DNA of 64,000 nt from Candidatus Woesearchaeota archaeon (GCA_964495875.1 CAZBWB010000002.1:24363-88362); one strand, 5' to 3'. Shown: positions 32,699-42,339, counted from the stretch's first letter. Notes: generated by a model not told the origin, from the letters alone. Numbers and translations are program-made.

Positions 32699-35179
32699 TT
32701 ACGCTACCACGAGTGACGCGCTTGTTGAAGATGTTCCCTTGTATTTCTTGCCAGCTGTTGTATCAACAGTCTGAGTTCTCAAATAAGTAACAGCATTTAC
32801 TGTATCATCAGCGCTGTAACCAGCAACCAATAATGCAATCTTTCCTGTTGTGTAAGCATCACCAAAGCTCTGTATCAAGAATTCTCCTGAACCAACACCT
32901 GTCGCAGCTGTCCAGTCTGCAGTACATTTAGCACCGCCAACCAAAGTAGCAGCAGCTGAATTAATACAGCTTCCACCAACCACAACCAGGTTCTTTGAGC
33001 TTACAGAACTAACTTCGCTGTCCTTTACAAGAACTTCTCCCAGTATACCAGTTCCACCTTCCATTACAGAAGTTTCTTCTGTAAGGAATACTTCTGCATA
33101 AGTTTCTGAATCATCAGTACCAGGATAATACACTTCAGCCCAATCTTCATCTGGTGCTGTATAATGCAATATTCTTGGAGCACACTCATCTCTAATATAT
33201 GTTTCATATATATTTGTATCTCCTTGTTCTTCACCATTTGGTCCTCCTGTTCCTGCATTATCTACTTCACTTACATACACCTTATTATCAGTATTATCAT
33301 TTAGGGTAAGATTAAACATTGTACCTGTACCGAGATTTTCATCCTTGTCTTCACCAACCATAAAAAGTGCAACTTCTGACCAACCATGGCCCTTAAAAGT
33401 AGTGTTGCCTGGTGAACCCACAAAGCTAACTGCTCCAAGGGTAGTATGATTAGCACTTTTATTAGTCATTGCCTGACCATAAACCCCAGTAAAATTGTTA
33501 TCATATGGCAGAAATACCATTAATCCTCCGGGTGTAAGTGCAGTATGAAAGTTAACATCTTTATTATCGCTGGGAATTCCAGCTGTGATATTAACTGATT
33601 CATCTCCTCCAGAGGTATAATTAATAAAACCAATAGTTAGGGATACATCTCCAATACTACAAGTATCTGTTTGTTTCTTTTCTGTACAAACATCTACCCA
33701 AGAACTTCCATCATATTTTTGGATGGTAGTTTCATTTCTACCAGCAGTTGTATCTTGTGAAACTTTCGCTCTTAGCAAATAAGATTCACCCTCTTTACTG
33801 GTATTATAAGTTGCAACAAAATAAGAATGCCAGTCACTTCCTCCTCTTTTTTCATAGAATACCAAGTCACTATAATTTGTTGTTGCTAATTTCTCATCAG
33901 TGGCTTTTCCAATTCCAATAAATTCTCCGGATGAATTAGAGTACAATATATTAAAACTAACTGTGCCGTCTTTCAAAGGCATAGTCAATTCAATACTTGT
34001 ATCACTATCTTTTTCAACAGTTATTTTCTCTTCTGCAGCTCTCACAAGTTCATTCATTGAGAATTTAACTGCTCCAAATCCAGGCATTGTAAGTTCTGAT
34101 TGAGGAGATAAAAAAGATTCTTCGTCTGTTTTCCATTGTATGGTAATCTTATCAAGTTTACCTGATGATTTCCACAGATGGCCTTTTATTCCAGTGATTG
34201 TATCATCATTTAATTTTATATCCTGTCCATGGTTTAGTTCAAGTTTACCAGTTCCAATACTAAATGATGCACCACCTACTTCACCAGAAACTGCTAACTT
34301 GGTTACATCTCTAACACCAAGGTAAGAACCATCATCTAACTTGTACGAATTTCCTTTAACAAGTTTTCCACTTGCAGGAACTCTTTCTCCGTCAACCATG
34401 AATACTACTTCATCCTCATCAATCCATTCAATAGTCACTGACTTACCTGAAACAGTTGCTGTTTCACCTTCTTTAACATTCCCAATAGCTGCAGAGTCTA
34501 ATAAAATAGTTTTCCCAAAATAACTATTGGATGACCCATTTGCCATTTCTGAAACATAATAGGTTTTTCCCATTAACGGAAAATCACTGCCTTCAATATC
34601 CTCCATTCTAAGATTAGCGTCTACATCACTTGTAACATCACTAAGGAAATCAATGGTATAGTTTAAGATATATGTGTTTGAAGATATTTTAAATCCTATC
34701 ACTGGCGTTCTCGTACTTAATCCAACAAGACTTTCATAATCAGAATCTCTGAAATGTGTTAATTCTGGAGTACCAAGAGAAATGGTTTGTTCATAATTAA
34801 ACTCATCATTATCACCTGCAATATATGTTCCATCTGCAAGCAATGTAGATAAATCCTCATCATCTACAGTTCCAACAAATGTACCCCAAGTATTGTTGAT
34901 ATTGAGATTATCACTACCTTCTGCAAGCAAAACATTATCTCCGCTCGGAGTTCCACCAGTAGTTCCTAAAGAAGATGCTAAGTTATCTTCAATGAATCCT
35001 GCCTGAACCAAATCTGAAGGATCTACTCCAGCTCCAGTTCCGTAAACAATTGCTACATTTGCAGTGCTTCCAACAACAAAAGGTGATGGATAATTTGCAG
35101 CAGCAGCAACGCCAGCAGTCATACCGATCATCAATGCACTCACAGCTATTGCAGAAATTTTCTTAAAAATATTTTTCAT
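32699..35179 (-). CDS. S-layer protein (Methanococcales-type N- and C-terminal domains)
   Basis: Sec signal. N-terminus NYPSPFVVGSTANVAIVYGTGAGVDPSDLVQAG. C-terminus NLVVVGGSCINSAAATL...KIALLVAGYSADDTVNAVTYL. Strong AGGAGGT upstream. Confidence 0.75.
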   Translation of the reverse strand: MKNIFKKISAIAVSALMIGMTAGVAAAANYPSPFVVGSTANVAIVYGTGAGVDPSDLVQAGFIEDNLASSLGTTGGTPSGDNVLLAEGSDNLNINNTWGTFVGTVDDEDLSTLLADGTYIAGDNDEFNYEQTISLGTPELTHFRDSDYESLVGLSTRTPVIGFKISSNTYILNYTIDFLSDVTSDVDANLRMEDIEGSDFPLMGKTYYVSEMANGSSNSYFGKTILLDSAAIGNVKEGETATVSGKSVTIEWIDEDEVVFMVDGERVPASGKLVKGNSYKLDDGSYLGVRDVTKLAVSGEVGGASFSIGTGKLELNHGQDIKLNDDTITGIKGHLWKSSGKLDKITIQWKTDEESFLSPQSELTMPGFGAVKFSMNELVRAAEEKITVEKDSDTSIELTMPLKDGTVSFNILYSNSSGEFIGIGKATDEKLATTNYSDLVFYEKRGGSDWHSYFVATYNTSKEGESYLLRAKVSQDTTAGRNETTIQKYDGSSWVDVCTEKKQTDTCSIGDVSLTIGFINYTSGGDESVNITAGIPSDNKDVNFHTALTPGGLMVFLPYDNNFTGVYGQAMTNKSANHTTLGAVSFVGSPGNTTFKGHGWSEVALFMVGEDKDENLGTGTMFNLTLNDNTDNKVYVSEVDNAGTGGPNGEEQGDTNIYETYIRDECAPRILHYTAPDEDWAEVYYPGTDDSETYAEVFLTEETSVMEGGTGILGEVLVKDSEVSSVSSKNLVVVGGSCINSAAATLVGGAKCTADWTAATGVGSGEFLIQSFGDAYTTGKIALLVAGYSADDTVNAVTYLRTQTVDTTAGKKYKGTSSTSASLVVA

Positions 35180-35324
35180 ATCTTTTCTTTTAACCTCCTT
35201 TCAACTCTATAAAACATGTTGTCGATGACAACCTCCTCTCAACTAATGGCATAGGGGGACCATTTATTGAGATGAACATTAGTCCCCTTACAATCCCCTA
35301 TTAGAACACTCTCTCGTCGAGTGT
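35180..35324 (-). promoter_or_regulatory. structured ~146-nt 5' leader of the S-layer gene
   Basis: Three hairpins: 35306-35324, 35253-35289 and 35218-35232. Two AGGAGGT copies (35193-35199, 35231-35237), each 13 nt before an ATG. Confidence 0.5.
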
Positions 35325-35346
35325 GTATAATTCTCAAGAATTTCCC

Positions 35347-35354
35347 TTTAAAAA
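35347..35354 (-). promoter_or_regulatory. candidate TATA box of the S-layer gene
   Basis: Reverse-strand TTTTTAAA; the usual spacing puts the transcript start at ~35325, at the foot of the first hairpin. Alternative box at 35411-35418. Confidence 0.4.
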
Positions 35355-35589
35355 GATTATTGCTTAATTCAATTATTTCCTTTTAGAAAACATATATTTG
35401 TTTATTTTTATTTATAAACCCTTTGCTATCACTATTGTATTATAACACATATTCATCTATCTTTGAAAATAGAAAGATTTATTAAGATATGGTATCTTAA
35501 TAGAATATATTGAGTAAAAAAACATATAACTACATAATATATATTACAGATATATGTTCAAAAATTAACCATATGGTTTTCCGTCGATA

Positions 35590-35931
35590 ATGGCAATAAG
35601 AGAAATCACAATAAAAGGAGAGAAAGAAGCATTTTCTATTTTCAAAAAAGGGTCTTCTGGTAAAAAATATGATTTTTCGGGTATTTTAGCTTTGAGACAG
35701 CTATTAAGCAACGAAAAAGCAAGGATTTTACATGTGATAAAAACAAGAAAACCCCAGTCTATTTATGATTTAGCTAAAAAATTAAACAGAGGTTTTAAGG
35801 CTGTAAATGATGATGTCAAATTACTGGAAAGATTTGGTTTTATAGAATTAATAGAAGAAAAAACAAAAAACCGGACGAGATACAGACCTGAAATTGTAGT
35901 AGATACAATCACGATTAATGTAAAAATTTAA
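35590..35931 (+). CDS. winged-helix (MarR/ArsR-like) transcription regulator
   Basis: ARILHVIKTRKPQSIYDLAKKLNRGFKAVNDDVKLLERFGFIEL helix-turn-helix plus wing. Confidence 0.6.
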   Translation: MAIREITIKGEKEAFSIFKKGSSGKKYDFSGILALRQLLSNEKARILHVIKTRKPQSIYDLAKKLNRGFKAVNDDVKLLERFGFIELIEEKTKNRTRYRPEIVVDTITINVKI

Positions 35932-36512
35932 TAATACACATTAAAGGATATTTCATAATCTTCATTGCTTCTTGTAAAATCCTGGGCAGCCCCCTTGTAA
36001 TTCTGTGTTATGTTGCCTTTATTAACCAACAGAAGTTCCTCTCCTTCTAAACTAATTCTCAAGGCATAGCCTTTTATTGGAGTATCCTCTCCTACATTCC
36101 AGCTATTCTCACAGATTTCCTTTAAAGTAATTTCCATTGTTTCACAGGCACTTCTGCCATCTAGGCACATTTCATCATCTCCGCAACTAAAAATCAGATT
36201 TTGCACAGATAAAAAGCCTGTGGAATCTTCACAATCAGTCGTATATTGCAAAAATGACTGGATAAATCCTTCAACTTCATAACTTTCAATTTCCATCTTA
36301 GAACTTCTCAGGGAAAAACTAAGGAAAAAAAGCAATATAACAGATACTATGATTATTATCAATACAAACCCAACCATTTCCTCTTGCGAGCGTTTGCCCG
36401 AGACAAGATGGTCAAAATAATCCCGAGTGTGAACGGGAGTAGAGCGTTTTGACCTTGGACAAATTTTTTGTATTAATCCCAATGTTAAGGCGCGAGTTTT
36501 TTTATTTTTCAT
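35928..36512 (-). CDS. pilin-like protein 5 (194 aa), long basic N-terminus
   Basis: ...GKRS|QEEMVGFVLIIIIVSVILLFFL then a Cys-containing ectodomain; ATGA overlap with the upstream gene. Confidence 0.45.
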   Translation of the reverse strand: MKNKKTRALTLGLIQKICPRSKRSTPVHTRDYFDHLVSGKRSQEEMVGFVLIIIIVSVILLFFLSFSLRSSKMEIESYEVEGFIQSFLQYTTDCEDSTGFLSVQNLIFSCGDDEMCLDGRSACETMEITLKEICENSWNVGEDTPIKGYALRISLEGEELLLVNKGNITQNYKGAAQDFTRSNEDYEISFNVYY

Positions 36513-37048
36513 GTTTTATCCTCAGAACTTACCATCAATCTTGCAAGTTCACATTTACCATAAACTCCTGTGTCTGAACTTTCTTTCCAGCATAATGCAA
36601 CAAAATTTGATGAAGCAGGCAATTTATTTACATTTTTTGAATAAACTTCAATAACTCCGCAATCAGGAAAATTTCCCGAATTACATACGATATTCCCTTC
36701 ATCCGGGTAGATTTTTCTTATCTTTATTTCAGCAATTCCCCAAAAGCCAACATATTTTGATATATGCTCTTTTAAAATCATGATTTTGTCAGCATCAATA
36801 CAATTCAACTTGCTGCTTCCAAAAGAATCTCCGCAAGCAAACTCAGGCGAATTAGCAAGTTTTGCAACAAGTAGCATAGAGTTCTCTTCTTCAAGAATAT
36901 TTGCACTTTGTTTTAGATTGGAAAATCTTATTACTAATACAAATATTCCAACAAATATAAAAAAAAGCGTAACTGCTATTAGCATAAATGCCATTTGCTG
37001 AACCTTCAGTTGTCCTTTGTTATGTGATTTTCTTTTTTTTATTACCAT
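36509..37048 (-). CDS. type IV pilin-like protein 4 (class III signal peptide)
   Basis: MVIKKRKSHNKG|QLKVQQMAFMLIAVTLFFIFVGIFVLVI. Confidence 0.55.
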   Translation of the reverse strand: MVIKKRKSHNKGQLKVQQMAFMLIAVTLFFIFVGIFVLVIRFSNLKQSANILEEENSMLLVAKLANSPEFACGDSFGSSKLNCIDADKIMILKEHISKYVGFWGIAEIKIRKIYPDEGNIVCNSGNFPDCGVIEVYSKNVNKLPASSNFVALCWKESSDTGVYGKCELARLMVSSEDKT

Positions 37049-37965
37049 AATCCACATCTGCTTTCCATTTCATTTTTATAATCAAGATTTTCAATTTTTT
37101 CCTCTAACAAAAGAACATCCTTTGAATCATCAAAATCTTCTGCGAGTTCAGATAATTCTGTTAAATAACTATCAATATCAGATTCACAACCTTTCTCTCT
37201 AATTAATAATGCTTTATCTCTATATATCAGAGAGAGTTCTTCTATTCTTTGCATCAATCTTTTTAACTGACATTCATAAACATCAACATCTCCAAAAATC
37301 CCAGCATACATTAGTGCATCAGACACAAAATACATTTTTTTCCCTTGTTTTTTGACATATCCATAATCATAATTCACACTAATATCACAATTTCCTGAAA
37401 AGCATACATTAATCATATCATCAGAGCAACCTCCTGTTAAAAGATTCTCTTGATTTAATTTTTCGATTTCATATTCAATTTCCTCCGGAGCATTAACAAA
37501 ACAATAAATGTCTTTGGAAGAAGTCATGTAAATTAAATCAGCAACCTTGAACGGAAAATCAAATGGCTTTGAAAAAATATAAAATGTTTGTCCTTCAATA
37601 ATTTCTTTTGAAAAGATATACTTGTTTGAAAAACCCACATCGGTATTTGTCTCTGTCCATGTATTAAAACTTTTTTGCGAAACTTTAATCAGTTGTTTGC
37701 CGAAGTTTCCTGCATTATTACAGCTGTTGTAAATTCTTGATTCTGCCGGTATTGTGAATGATGTTGTTTTTGCTGATTCAAAACCAGTCTCCAAAGGATT
37801 AAGCAGAATCCCGATTTCTTTTCCTGTTTTGGCATCAATCGTTGTTCGTTCTGTTTTCATAAGTTTTGTCACTCCGTAAATCGCAAGAAAAATTATAAAG
37901 ATTCCTACAATAATCGCAAAAAGCCATCCGAAAGATATTTGTAAAGCACCTCTTTTCTTTTTCAT
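37042..37965 (-). CDS. type IV pilin-like protein 3 (class III signal peptide), 307 aa
   Basis: MKKKRG|ALQISFGWLFAIIVGIFIIFLAIYGV; ORF opens at 38016. Confidence 0.55.
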   Translation of the reverse strand: MKKKRGALQISFGWLFAIIVGIFIIFLAIYGVTKLMKTERTTIDAKTGKEIGILLNPLETGFESAKTTSFTIPAESRIYNSCNNAGNFGKQLIKVSQKSFNTWTETNTDVGFSNKYIFSKEIIEGQTFYIFSKPFDFPFKVADLIYMTSSKDIYCFVNAPEEIEYEIEKLNQENLLTGGCSDDMINVCFSGNCDISVNYDYGYVKKQGKKMYFVSDALMYAGIFGDVDVYECQLKRLMQRIEELSLIYRDKALLIREKGCESDIDSYLTELSELAEDFDDSKDVLLLEEKIENLDYKNEMESRCGLW

Positions 37966-37981
37966 TTTTCCAATCAGAGAT

Positions 37982-38410
37982 TTACGAACGGGTAATTGTA
38001 ACCAAAGATTCCCCATATTCTTTTATAACTATCATTCTTATCTTACCCCCAATATTATCTATGCAATAAGGATTTTCTGAGGATGTAATTTTTCCAATAT
38101 CGATATGTTCAATTTTTCCCCTGTCAACTATTTTTTCTGAATCAAACATTAAATTCTGAGATTCATCAATGAAGCAAACCGCATTTATGCTGTTTGGAAG
38201 AGAATATTCTTTTGTCTGACTTCCCTGCTGACTCTGCCACATTTGATTCACGTCTGCCTGCAGATTATCCATGAAAAGTTTAACCTGTATTGTTTTTTGC
38301 ATGTCGATAAATTTTATTATTGCATAAACAGCGACAGAAAGAAAAATAATTATAAGAAAAATGGAAAAAATCATTCCAAAGGATAATTTCAGCTGCCCCT
38401 TTTTTTTCAT
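37982..38410 (-). CDS. type IV pilin-like protein 2 (class III signal peptide), 142 aa
   Basis: MKKKG|QLKLSFGMIFSIFLIIIFLSVAVYAI; Q at +1 as in EppA-type archaeal pilins. Confidence 0.6.
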   Translation of the reverse strand: MKKKGQLKLSFGMIFSIFLIIIFLSVAVYAIIKFIDMQKTIQVKLFMDNLQADVNQMWQSQQGSQTKEYSLPNSINAVCFIDESQNLMFDSEKIVDRGKIEHIDIGKITSSENPYCIDNIGGKIRMIVIKEYGESLVTITRS

Positions 38411-38431
38411 TCTTAAAAAAAGCGATTAGAA

Positions 38432-38439
38432 CTTATAAA
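38432..38439 (-). promoter_or_regulatory. internal TATA box ahead of the four small pilin-like genes
   Basis: Reverse-strand TTTATAAG centred 25.5 nt upstream of ATG 38410, in the only real spacer of the operon. Confidence 0.45.
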
Positions 38440-38443
38440 TCTT

Positions 38444-40585
38444 TCAATATTCAAAAAATTCAAAAGGACGTAAAATTATATTGCATTTATTTTGTGCAGG
38501 CTTATTTCCATATTCATCCTGGCATTTTATGTATAAGTTATTGCTAGTATCCCATGCCACAGAATGAACTATGTCATCACCGCTTATCATGCTAAGCCCG
38601 TCTTCAAAATTATAAGAACATGAGGTAATATCATAAACACACTCTGCCGGCTCACTTGTTATTATTTTCAAATCCCCCCCTTCATAATATGCTCTTGTAA
38701 TTAAAGGTGTGGTAAAATCTGCTTCTACTTCAAGCTCTGTTGTGGCAGTTGCTACATTTCCGGCCATATCAAAACACTGTATATGATAAGTATAATCTCC
38801 TTCTGAAAGATAAAGTTCATCAGAGTGCTCATAAGAACGTGTATTTTTAAATTCAGTATAATCGTTGTAGTTTCCAGTACTGCTGTAATAACAATCTGCT
38901 ATTCCATTTTCATATCCTGCTGATGTTCTTGCTTGCAGTTTGATCTTGACAATATTACTTGAGCCTTTGATAATTCCGCTTGGCTCTACTGAATCAATCA
39001 CCAGAGCACGGGAACCGATTAAAGTTAATTCTTTGGATTCAGTATTCATGTTTCCTGCTGAATCACTGCACCTGAAATAAAATTTATTTTCTTCCTCATT
39101 TTGAAGTCCTGTCAATGTTCCAGAACATGAGTAGCTTATCTGGGCATTAAATGTGGTAAATTCACTTATTTTATCACCACACGATATCATCATTTCTTCC
39201 ATCTCTTCATAGGATTTATCGCTGTGGCTCCATCTGCATCCTCCATTCTCACTTAACAAAGGTTCATTGACATAAATTCTTACATTTGTTTCATGGGCTT
39301 CTGTTTCGCCGAAATATCTTATAGGTGTGTTATCTAAAAGATTAAATCCCTGAATCAGAGGTGGTGAAATATCTGGAAGAGGGTCAATGCAGAATTTAAA
39401 TAAAAATTCTCCTACATTAGCATAACCATTGACATTCTCACATCTCACATAATATTCATAATTTCCTCCTGACGGAAGTTCAATTCCTTCATTTTCAAGA
39501 TTTGCCTGTCCAGGGAAAAACATAAGTTGAGTATGGTTTCTGTCCCACAAACCGCTTCCAAAAGAAAGTTGCATATCATCAAAACTTGATGTTCTGTGGT
39601 CTTCTATCCTGCATGTTCCTTCTTTGTCTAATTCAATTCCAAAAGTAAAAGATTCAAAAGAAGGCAGACAACCGCCTTTGTATTTTACTTCAACTCCGTT
39701 TGTTGCTGGTATTGGCTCATAGGAATAATCACCAGACAACAAAGAATCCTCTCTTGGTGTTATCTTAGGAGAAGTCGTGTCTGTCGGACTTACATAAATA
39801 CATCTCGCATTATCTCCTTCATTTATCAGTTCACATGCCTGCCCCAGACTTTTACACTTGTATAATGTGCATGGAAATTCTCCTCCGTTGCATTTGTTAC
39901 AATCAGCTCCTCCTGTCTGCGATTGCCATGTCTTACAGTCAAATACCACTGCTCTTTGGTCTGTTCTCAAAGTCATCCTCCAGAAAGTGATTAATGCTGT
40001 TAGTATTCCAATCGGCCATCCCACTACCAATGTAGCTAAATTTGCACCCAATCCAATTCCTGTTGCAATTCCTGCTGCGAGATTTCCTACAGTAAAACCC
40101 AAACCAATAGAAGCTCCTATAGCATTTGCCCAAAAAAGGGCTTCGTCAACATCATGCCCTCCAGCCCACCATACTGCTGCAAAAGTTATCACCCAAGCAA
40201 CACCAGCCCAAAGCAATCCACTTTTCATTATATCAAACTTAATATTTACTTTTCCCAAAAGCTTAATAATTTCTTTTCCCAATTTTTCGCCCACAAAATA
40301 TGCTACTGAATGACCAGCTTCTACTTCCCCTACTGTTGCTAATACCCCTCCCCCTCCTGCTTTTGCCATTATTGCACCTGTTATAGAAGCCTTTGTATTT
40401 TCTTCTGATTCCTGGTCGGATTCATTGGATTTTATTATTGCTTTTCTTATAACATTAGTTGATAACGGAGAACTCGATGTCTGTGCAGAAATAATGTTTG
40501 TAAATGCTACGATGCTTGTGATTAAAATAAAAATCTGAATTAACGCAATAGATTTTTTTTCTCTTTTTCCATTATTCTTTTTCAT
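38444..40585 (-). CDS. 713-aa envelope protein: signal peptide, Gly-rich hydrophobic helices, Cys knot, four or more beta-sandwich repeats
   Basis: MKKNNGKREKKSIALIQIFILITSIVAFTNIISA signal. WAGVAWVITFAAVWWAGG / GASIGLGFTVGNLAAGIATGIGLGANLATLVVGW helices. Repeats YEYYVRCENVNG, FYFRCSDSAGN, YTYHIQCFDMAGN, LYIKCQDEYGN. Confidence 0.6.
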   Translation of the reverse strand: MKKNNGKREKKSIALIQIFILITSIVAFTNIISAQTSSSPLSTNVIRKAIIKSNESDQESEENTKASITGAIMAKAGGGGVLATVGEVEAGHSVAYFVGEKLGKEIIKLLGKVNIKFDIMKSGLLWAGVAWVITFAAVWWAGGHDVDEALFWANAIGASIGLGFTVGNLAAGIATGIGLGANLATLVVGWPIGILTALITFWRMTLRTDQRAVVFDCKTWQSQTGGADCNKCNGGEFPCTLYKCKSLGQACELINEGDNARCIYVSPTDTTSPKITPREDSLLSGDYSYEPIPATNGVEVKYKGGCLPSFESFTFGIELDKEGTCRIEDHRTSSFDDMQLSFGSGLWDRNHTQLMFFPGQANLENEGIELPSGGNYEYYVRCENVNGYANVGEFLFKFCIDPLPDISPPLIQGFNLLDNTPIRYFGETEAHETNVRIYVNEPLLSENGGCRWSHSDKSYEEMEEMMISCGDKISEFTTFNAQISYSCSGTLTGLQNEEENKFYFRCSDSAGNMNTESKELTLIGSRALVIDSVEPSGIIKGSSNIVKIKLQARTSAGYENGIADCYYSSTGNYNDYTEFKNTRSYEHSDELYLSEGDYTYHIQCFDMAGNVATATTELEVEADFTTPLITRAYYEGGDLKIITSEPAECVYDITSCSYNFEDGLSMISGDDIVHSVAWDTSNNLYIKCQDEYGNKPAQNKCNIILRPFEFFEY

Positions 40586-40586
40586 T

Positions 40587-42338
40587 TTATTTATGACTCT
40601 CTGCTTCTGGGATATTTGCTTTAGAGACATTTTCTCCCACAAATAATTCCTTCCATGAGTAATAGCTATTTTGCTGGATATAATTTGATTTTACTCCGCA
40701 ATCTCCTAAGACAATACATAATTCTTCCTGGTTTCCTGCCCATTCTGATTTTAAATCAACAGTGCCTACCCCTAATTCTCCGCTGGCACCCTTATCCATA
40801 AAAGATTCAGATTCAGGACATTTTCTGGCACAAAGTGCACGACAATCTCTAAGAACCGCTGTGCAATTATCCAAACATTCTGCATAGCATTTGCCTTCAA
40901 TAGCCTCCCATCCGCTCGTTACACTTTTAAAATATCCTGCAACAGAACTTGCACTTCCAACACTGCATACTTGTGAAGGAGATATCTGTGACTCAACTCC
41001 AAGTATTGCAGCATCTGGCTCCCAAAAATTAAACCCAGGAGGATATTTAGGAACACACATAGCTTTTATAGATTTAATAGACTCATTTATTAATTCTCCT
41101 GCTGAATTGTAATTAGAGGTATAATTTGAAAATAATATATCATCTCCGTTTTCATCTTTTCTGGTTACTCCCATCTCAATTTTGCAATCTCTTTGGTCTG
41201 TATCCAAGCATACTTTTGAACTATTTTGGAACACGCAGTCCTGCCATCTGTTCATAAAACAATTTGCTTCTCCAGGAACATCTTCTTTGCACAATTTTTC
41301 TCTTAAATTTCCGCATAATTCCCATTGAACCTCTCCATCATAGCAATAAAGTCTATAAGATAAATCTCCTGGTTTTGCATCTTCAAAAGAGATTATTGGT
41401 TCAGAACACCACGCACTGCCATGCGCTTTTATTTCTCCATTATAATTGCAACTTAAGTCTCCGCAGATATAATTTCCAGAATCAACGCTTTCTCCTGCTC
41501 TTTTTTCTCTGCACGTGCTTCCTAAAAGATAATTGCAGTTTCCGCAATTAGGTGAATCTGCATTTGAATTTCCATAACCACAAATCTCACTTGAAGCAGG
41601 GTCTTTTATGTAAGTCCAATAAGGAACATCATCTTCTAATCCAGAATTATAAACATTTGCAGGGTTTCCGCAGTTATCAACAAAAAAAACCTCGTTTCTC
41701 CCCTCAACACAGGTTGTTCTTTTAGTCATGGTGCATATTGTTCCTAATTCAGGAGCACTACACAACAGTCCTGCATGGAATTCTTTTCCTTCTGAATTGC
41801 ATTTTTCTCTTGTTTCAATAGTGCATTTTTTCCCTTCATCTGTCTGAAAAACACAAGCACCTTTTGCAGCAGGTCCTGCACTCAGCAAACATTCTTCCTG
41901 AGTTGTTATACTGTCGTCAAAATTTGGCTGAACTCCTATGTCTGCTGATACTTTATTGCAGGTTGTTCTCCGTATAAAAGAAGCACCTTCTCCAATAAAA
42001 CAACAGCCATACTGGCATTCAGCAATTTCTTCAGCATCTTTGTCATACCAATATCCTCCGAGATTAGGATTGCATGCTGTTGATGAAGAAGCCATACATG
42101 TTCCTTGTGCATTATTTACACAAGTGCCTGTTGAGCAATACTGGGTTGATTCACATGCAGTGTCATCTATTCTATAATTTTGATTGCAATACTGGCTATT
42201 CCCAACATCTAAACAAATCCCTCCGTTTATCGTCATCTCACAACAAATAGCACTTACAATATTTAATGAAAATATTATAAATATCCCTAATAAAATTCCT
42301 TTCAAAAATATTTTTTTAAATTCTCTTTTTTTAATCAT
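40587..42338 (-). CDS. 583-aa secreted cysteine-rich protein (~45 Cys)
   Basis: MIKKREFKKIFLKGILLGIFIIFSLNIVSA signal, then Cys every ~12 residues to the C-terminus; no family recognised. Confidence 0.6.
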   Translation of the reverse strand: MIKKREFKKIFLKGILLGIFIIFSLNIVSAICCEMTINGGICLDVGNSQYCNQNYRIDDTACESTQYCSTGTCVNNAQGTCMASSSTACNPNLGGYWYDKDAEEIAECQYGCCFIGEGASFIRRTTCNKVSADIGVQPNFDDSITTQEECLLSAGPAAKGACVFQTDEGKKCTIETREKCNSEGKEFHAGLLCSAPELGTICTMTKRTTCVEGRNEVFFVDNCGNPANVYNSGLEDDVPYWTYIKDPASSEICGYGNSNADSPNCGNCNYLLGSTCREKRAGESVDSGNYICGDLSCNYNGEIKAHGSAWCSEPIISFEDAKPGDLSYRLYCYDGEVQWELCGNLREKLCKEDVPGEANCFMNRWQDCVFQNSSKVCLDTDQRDCKIEMGVTRKDENGDDILFSNYTSNYNSAGELINESIKSIKAMCVPKYPPGFNFWEPDAAILGVESQISPSQVCSVGSASSVAGYFKSVTSGWEAIEGKCYAECLDNCTAVLRDCRALCARKCPESESFMDKGASGELGVGTVDLKSEWAGNQEELCIVLGDCGVKSNYIQQNSYYSWKELFVGENVSKANIPEAESHK

Positions 42339-42339
42339 T

